Source: Hyaloraphidium curvatum SAG 235-1 (Eukaryota > Fungi > Monoblepharomycota). From it: a DNA stretch of 64,000 nt. Below are positions 59,701 through 64,000 of the stretch, one piece after another; the first letter of the stretch is position 1, and each line of letters starts with the position of its first letter. A program made the position numbers and the translations under genes. The DNA is taken from NCBI GenBank assembly GCA_025558095.1, contig JAIVFI010000003.1, forward strand, positions 496,001 through 560,000. Reading direction: 5' to 3'. Under the pieces are notes generated by a model. The model ran no database searches and was not told the DNA's origin. It worked only from the letters and a program-made list of their open reading frames with translations.

Positions 59701-62700
59701 TCACTGGGACTTCGCGTTGGGCTGCATCTGGGGCGCTGCGACCAGGTTGCGCCCGACGGGGCTGATCGACCGGGAGCGCAACGTGGCCGCCTTGCCGGCA
59801 ACGGGATCGAACTTGGCGAGGAGGTCGGCGACCTTGTGGATGGATTCGGTCTGAACCCCGTCCGAAGCGGGTGCGGCAGCGGGCTGGGCGACCTGCTCTT
59901 GCACGGCGGCAGGCGCAGGCGTGGCCTCCGCTTCCGAGTGCACGGCTTCGGCCTCCTGCTGCGGCTGCTCCGCGGCGGGCGCCTCCGTCGCCGCGGGAAC
60001 CGAAACCGATTCGGGCACAGGCTCGGGCACATCGGGCACGGCCTCGACGGCGGGTGCCTGCTGCTCCGGCTCCTGGACCTCCGCTTGCGGTTCGGCCGGC
60101 GCCGCCTCCGCAACGACCTCAGCAACGGCCTCCTCCTGCTTCTGCTGCTCCTCCGTCGCAAGAATCTCCGTCGCCTCGGGTGCTGCCTCTCCGTTCGCCT
60201 CGCTTGTGGGCTCGACGGGCATCTCCACCTCGTCCACGACGGCAGCGGCCGCCTCCTCGGCGACGTCCGCGCTCGACGGGGCGCTGACGACGTCGGCCTG
60301 GGGCTCCACGACGGTGGAAGCCTCCTCGACCACGACGGCTTCGACCTCGGGCTGCGGCTGCGCCTCGGCGGTGCTTGCCGCGGCGAGGGGCCTCAGGTCC
60401 GTCTCTGACGAGTCCCGCGGCAGGGCGGCGATGAGAGATCCGAGGTCTCCGAACAGGTCCGTGGGCGTGGTCTGCTCCGACTTGAGCTCCAGCGACATCT
60501 CCGCGGCCCGGGTCACCTCGTACGACGACGCGGGCTTGGGCAGCTGGCGCTCAAAGTAGACGACGGTCGAAACGACCTTCATCTCGGCCGCCGTCTCGAC
60601 CTCCTGCGCGGCCGCGCTCTGCACTTCGGTAGCGGTTCCGGCCATGCGCTTGGCGAGCCTCTCGGCAGCTGCCATCTGCGCCTCCAGCTTGGTCAGGTCG
60701 GCGAGGAAGCCCTTACGGATCTCGAGCATGGTGCCCTCGGCGAGGATGTCGTTGAAGTGCTTCTGCAGCTTTTCGAGCTGGACCCTGGCGGCGTCCTGGG
60801 TCTCGTTGACGAGCGGAGAGACCTGCGCGAGCTTGGTGGCGTACTCGGCTTTGGCGGCGTCCAGGTCCTCCCTCATGCGGTTCAGCTTGGCGATGAAGTT
60901 GCGCCCCTGCTGCGTGATCTGTACCGAGATGACGTGCTGCACGGCGAGAAGCATCTCGATGTCGTCCGAGCACTGCGTACAGTAGGTCAGCGTGCACATT
61001 CTCCAAGACCGGCATGCCTCGCTTACCCTCTTGGTGGCAGCATCAAACTCCCTGTGGAACTTGGCGGCGCGATCGGCAACGACCTTATCGTACCGTTCGA
61101 GCGAGTCCAGCGGACGCTCGCCATCGAAAGAAATGTTGAAGCGGCCCTTGAGGGGAGCGACGGCAGCCGCGGCTTGCGACAGCGCCCTGTTCAGCTCCGC
61201 ACGTTCCTGTGTCGTTGCGTGGGATTAGGCGACATCATCCTGATGTGCACAATTTACCCACGTTGGCCAGCTTCTCCTTTTCTCGCTCCCAGTCCGCGAT
61301 CTTGGCCCTGTACATCTCGACCTTCTTGGTGATCTCGGCGATCGCGTCCTTGTCCGCCTTGATGGGCATGCTCCGTGCGACCCGCACGTTCCTCGTCAGC
61401 CGATCGGTGAGGTACACAACGAGCCGGCCTCGGTCGCGCAGGTTCTCGCACGCCTGCTCCAGGGCCGTCTCGGCTTCGGTCGCCTCGATCTTTGCCCTGA
61501 TTGTCGAGACCTTGCCGTCCACGGGAACCACGTTGCGGAACTCGGCCATGGGCCGCGCGACAGACACTCCGAGGTACTTGGCAACGTCGCGGAAGTGCGA
61601 TTCGTTGCGCGCCTCTGCGAGGGTCCTCTTGATGAGCTCGAAAGGACCGTCGCAGGCGTCGAACTCGGCGCCCTGGAACGCTCCGGTGGCCTTGATGTCC
61701 TTCAGCATGCCCTGAAGCTTCTCGATGCACTGCGAGACGTATGCCTCCGTCGGGAAGGGGCGGACTTTGTGTGCGTTTTTGACCTCCTCCTGCTCCGTCA
61801 TGTCAGCTGCGGCGCGGCACTGCAGGTCGGTCATGGTGACAAGCGACGGGTAGCGCTCCAGCATGAAGCGGACGAGGCTGGGGTGGTTGCCCATGGTTGC
61901 GTGGGCGAGCATGGTCAGGCCGTCGTTGTCGCGGTGCTCGAAGTTGACGCCCTCGGCGATCAAGAACTTGATCGACTGTGCGGATGCTGGTCAACGTGCG
62001 GTCAAGCTCGGTATCCGGATGACGCACCTCGACCTGACCGCGCTGCGCGGCAAGCAGCAGGGGAGTCCTGCCGCGGTGGTCGCACGCGTTGAGAAGCTCC
62101 TTGTCTTCCACGGCCAGAGTACGCAGCACAGAAACGGATCCCGTCAGCGCAGCGACATGGGCCAGCGTGTATCCCTCCTTGTCCGCCTTCATGAGGTCGG
62201 GACGGCGCGTGAGGAGCAACTCCACCACCGGCAGGCGCTGCTGGTCAAGAGCCAGAAGCAGGGCAGTGGCGCTGAAGGAGTCGGTGGCGTCCAGCAGAGC
62301 CGGCTGGACCGCAAGCAGGCACCCGCAAACTTCGACGTGTCCGCGGAGGGCCGCAACATGGAGCGCAGTCCGGCGCGTTTCATCGGTGTGCTCAGGCTTC
62401 GCTCCCTTCTCGAGGAGGAAGTTGACGATGTGGAGGTGCCCGTTGCTGCACGCCTCGATGAGCGCCGTCCATCCACGACCGTCCGCCCAGTTCACGTGCT
62501 CCGACTGCGGGTAGTGGTGGAGCAGCGACTTGACGCAGCTGCAAAGCCGCGTAAGTTGGTGCGCTGCACCATGGGCAATCGAACTCACTCCAGGTGACCG
62601 TTGCGAGCCGCGAGCTGAAGAGCCGAAAACTTGGAGCGGTTGGTGGGGATGTACCTCGAGCCCGAGTCCAGGAGCAAGTCAACGACTAGCAAACGGCAGC

Positions 62701-63457
62701 TTCAGTCTTTGTCCTAACCGAGGGTCGCTTTAAGGGCCCACCAGGGGTGCTCCCGAAGCATGATGCGTGCATGAGCGGAGTGAGTCCATCCTGGTCTTCC
62801 ACGTCGACATTTGCTCCACGGTCGAGAAGCAGAGTAACGGCTGAAGCACAGGTCAGAAGATGCAATGGGGACGTCCGCGCGACTCACTCGAGAGCTTTCC
62901 ACCGATGGCTGCCCAGATGAGGGCATTCTTCCCCTTCCCGTCTACGGTTTTCAGGTTGGCCTTGTTGTTGAGGAGCAGGCGGATCATGTCGTCGCGTCCT
63001 GGGAGAAACAGTGTCATTGGGTGTTGTTTCCATCCCTCTCCATCCGGCGCCCACCTTCTTGCGCGGCAAACATGAGTGCGGTGTGGTGGAGCTATAGATG
63101 GGTCCGTCAGTCCGACAGCTGGGAGTCCGACCGGGAAATCCGACCCACAGTGTCAATCTCGCAGTCGGCCGACATGCCCTTCTCAATGAGGTGGGCCAGC
63201 GCGTGCAGGTCGGCCCTCTGCGTGGCCGCGCACCATTGCTGCACTTCGGGCGATGCCTCCTCAAAGACGCCAATGGAAGCCGCATCGATCTTGTGGCGCT
63301 TGGCCGGCGGGTCGACTGCCGGGCGGGGTCCTGTCGGGGCCTGCACAACCGGCGACAGTGGGCTAGACGGCGCGCTGTCCTTGCCGCTGCCGGGAGCTCC
63401 GCCGAGCTTGGCGCCCTTGTGCATGCGCAGCGAGCCGAAGCCCAACGCGCTCTTCAT
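59701..63457 (-). CDS. Ankyrin-repeat protein with C-terminal coiled coil and acidic low-complexity tail, multi-exon
   Basis: About ten ANK repeats (GWTALIEACSNGH, RRTALHVAALRGH, GRTPLLLAAQRGQ, GLTMLAHATMGNH). Confidence 0.88.
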
Positions 63458-64000
63458 CGCGAGGACTGTTTGGGGGCTCTGTTTACGTTGGTGGGGAGCG
63501 GCGGCGTCAGGAGCTGCCGCGCGAGCGCGCGGGCAAGAACGCCCGGGACGCCACGTGCCTACACACGATGTCTTCGATCGTCGTGGGTTTGAGTGGCACA
63601 GGTCTCGCGATGGGGCGCAGGAGCAATGGGATTCGAGGTGCGAGTGCTGGGTGGCTGACGTGCGCCAAACGGGGTCCATGCGGTCCAGGACCTAGGCGAG
63701 ATTCCGCGGCAGTCGCAATGCTGTCGCTCCTCAGAAACCCAGGATCCCTCTTCGGCATTGCTTGTGCCCTGTTTCTTCTCTTGGGATCCTCGGTCGTCTC
63801 CGCATCCTCGCGCCGTGTACCGCGAAATGGGAACCTCCGCTCCTACGGCAAAGACGGGGCGGTTCCGGCCTTCGCATCGCCGCGTCGGGTACCGCGAAAC
63901 GGCCAGGAAAGCAACCTCCGTTCACACGGCATCGATGAACCAGTGTCGATGTTCCGTCGGCAGAACGGAACGGCGATTCAATGCCAGCTCGAGCTGTTCA

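Noticed and set aside
1-64000. tRNA, rRNA, CRISPR arrays, hammerhead ribozymes, telomerase template, U2-targeting Utopia insertion
   Set aside because: None recognised by eye; both U2 copies are intact apart from the intron.

Overview
GC-rich, gene-dense eukaryotic genomic DNA with many short (about 50-70 nt) spliceosomal introns. The gene content (HIS1, multi-BRC BRCA2, copines, ALDH7A1, plant-type LRRs) suggests an early-diverging, chytrid-like fungus; this is inference. About 23 protein-coding genes are supported, including UBR1, a CoA Nudix hydrolase, a TMEM184/OSTalpha protein, cytosolic LeuRS, two copines, ALDH7A1, F-box/WD40, a giant coiled-coil protein, three related zinc-finger genes, a small HSP, ICMT, ERF4, BRCA2, HIS1, PPCS and an ankyrin protein. 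The most striking feature is missing from the ORF track: two nearly identical, inverted U2 snRNA genes (5746-5983 minus, 21249-21486 plus), each interrupted by the same 56-nt GT-AG intron in stem-loop IIa. U2 would therefore have to be spliced by the spliceosome it belongs to. Other splicing oddities accompany this: GTGGGT is a very common 5' splice site, and the two copine paralogs have three introns each with no shared position. The long introns of LeuRS carry box C/D snoRNAs, one of them snR54/SNORD59-like. All gene models were read by eye, so exon limits and start codons are approximate where stated.
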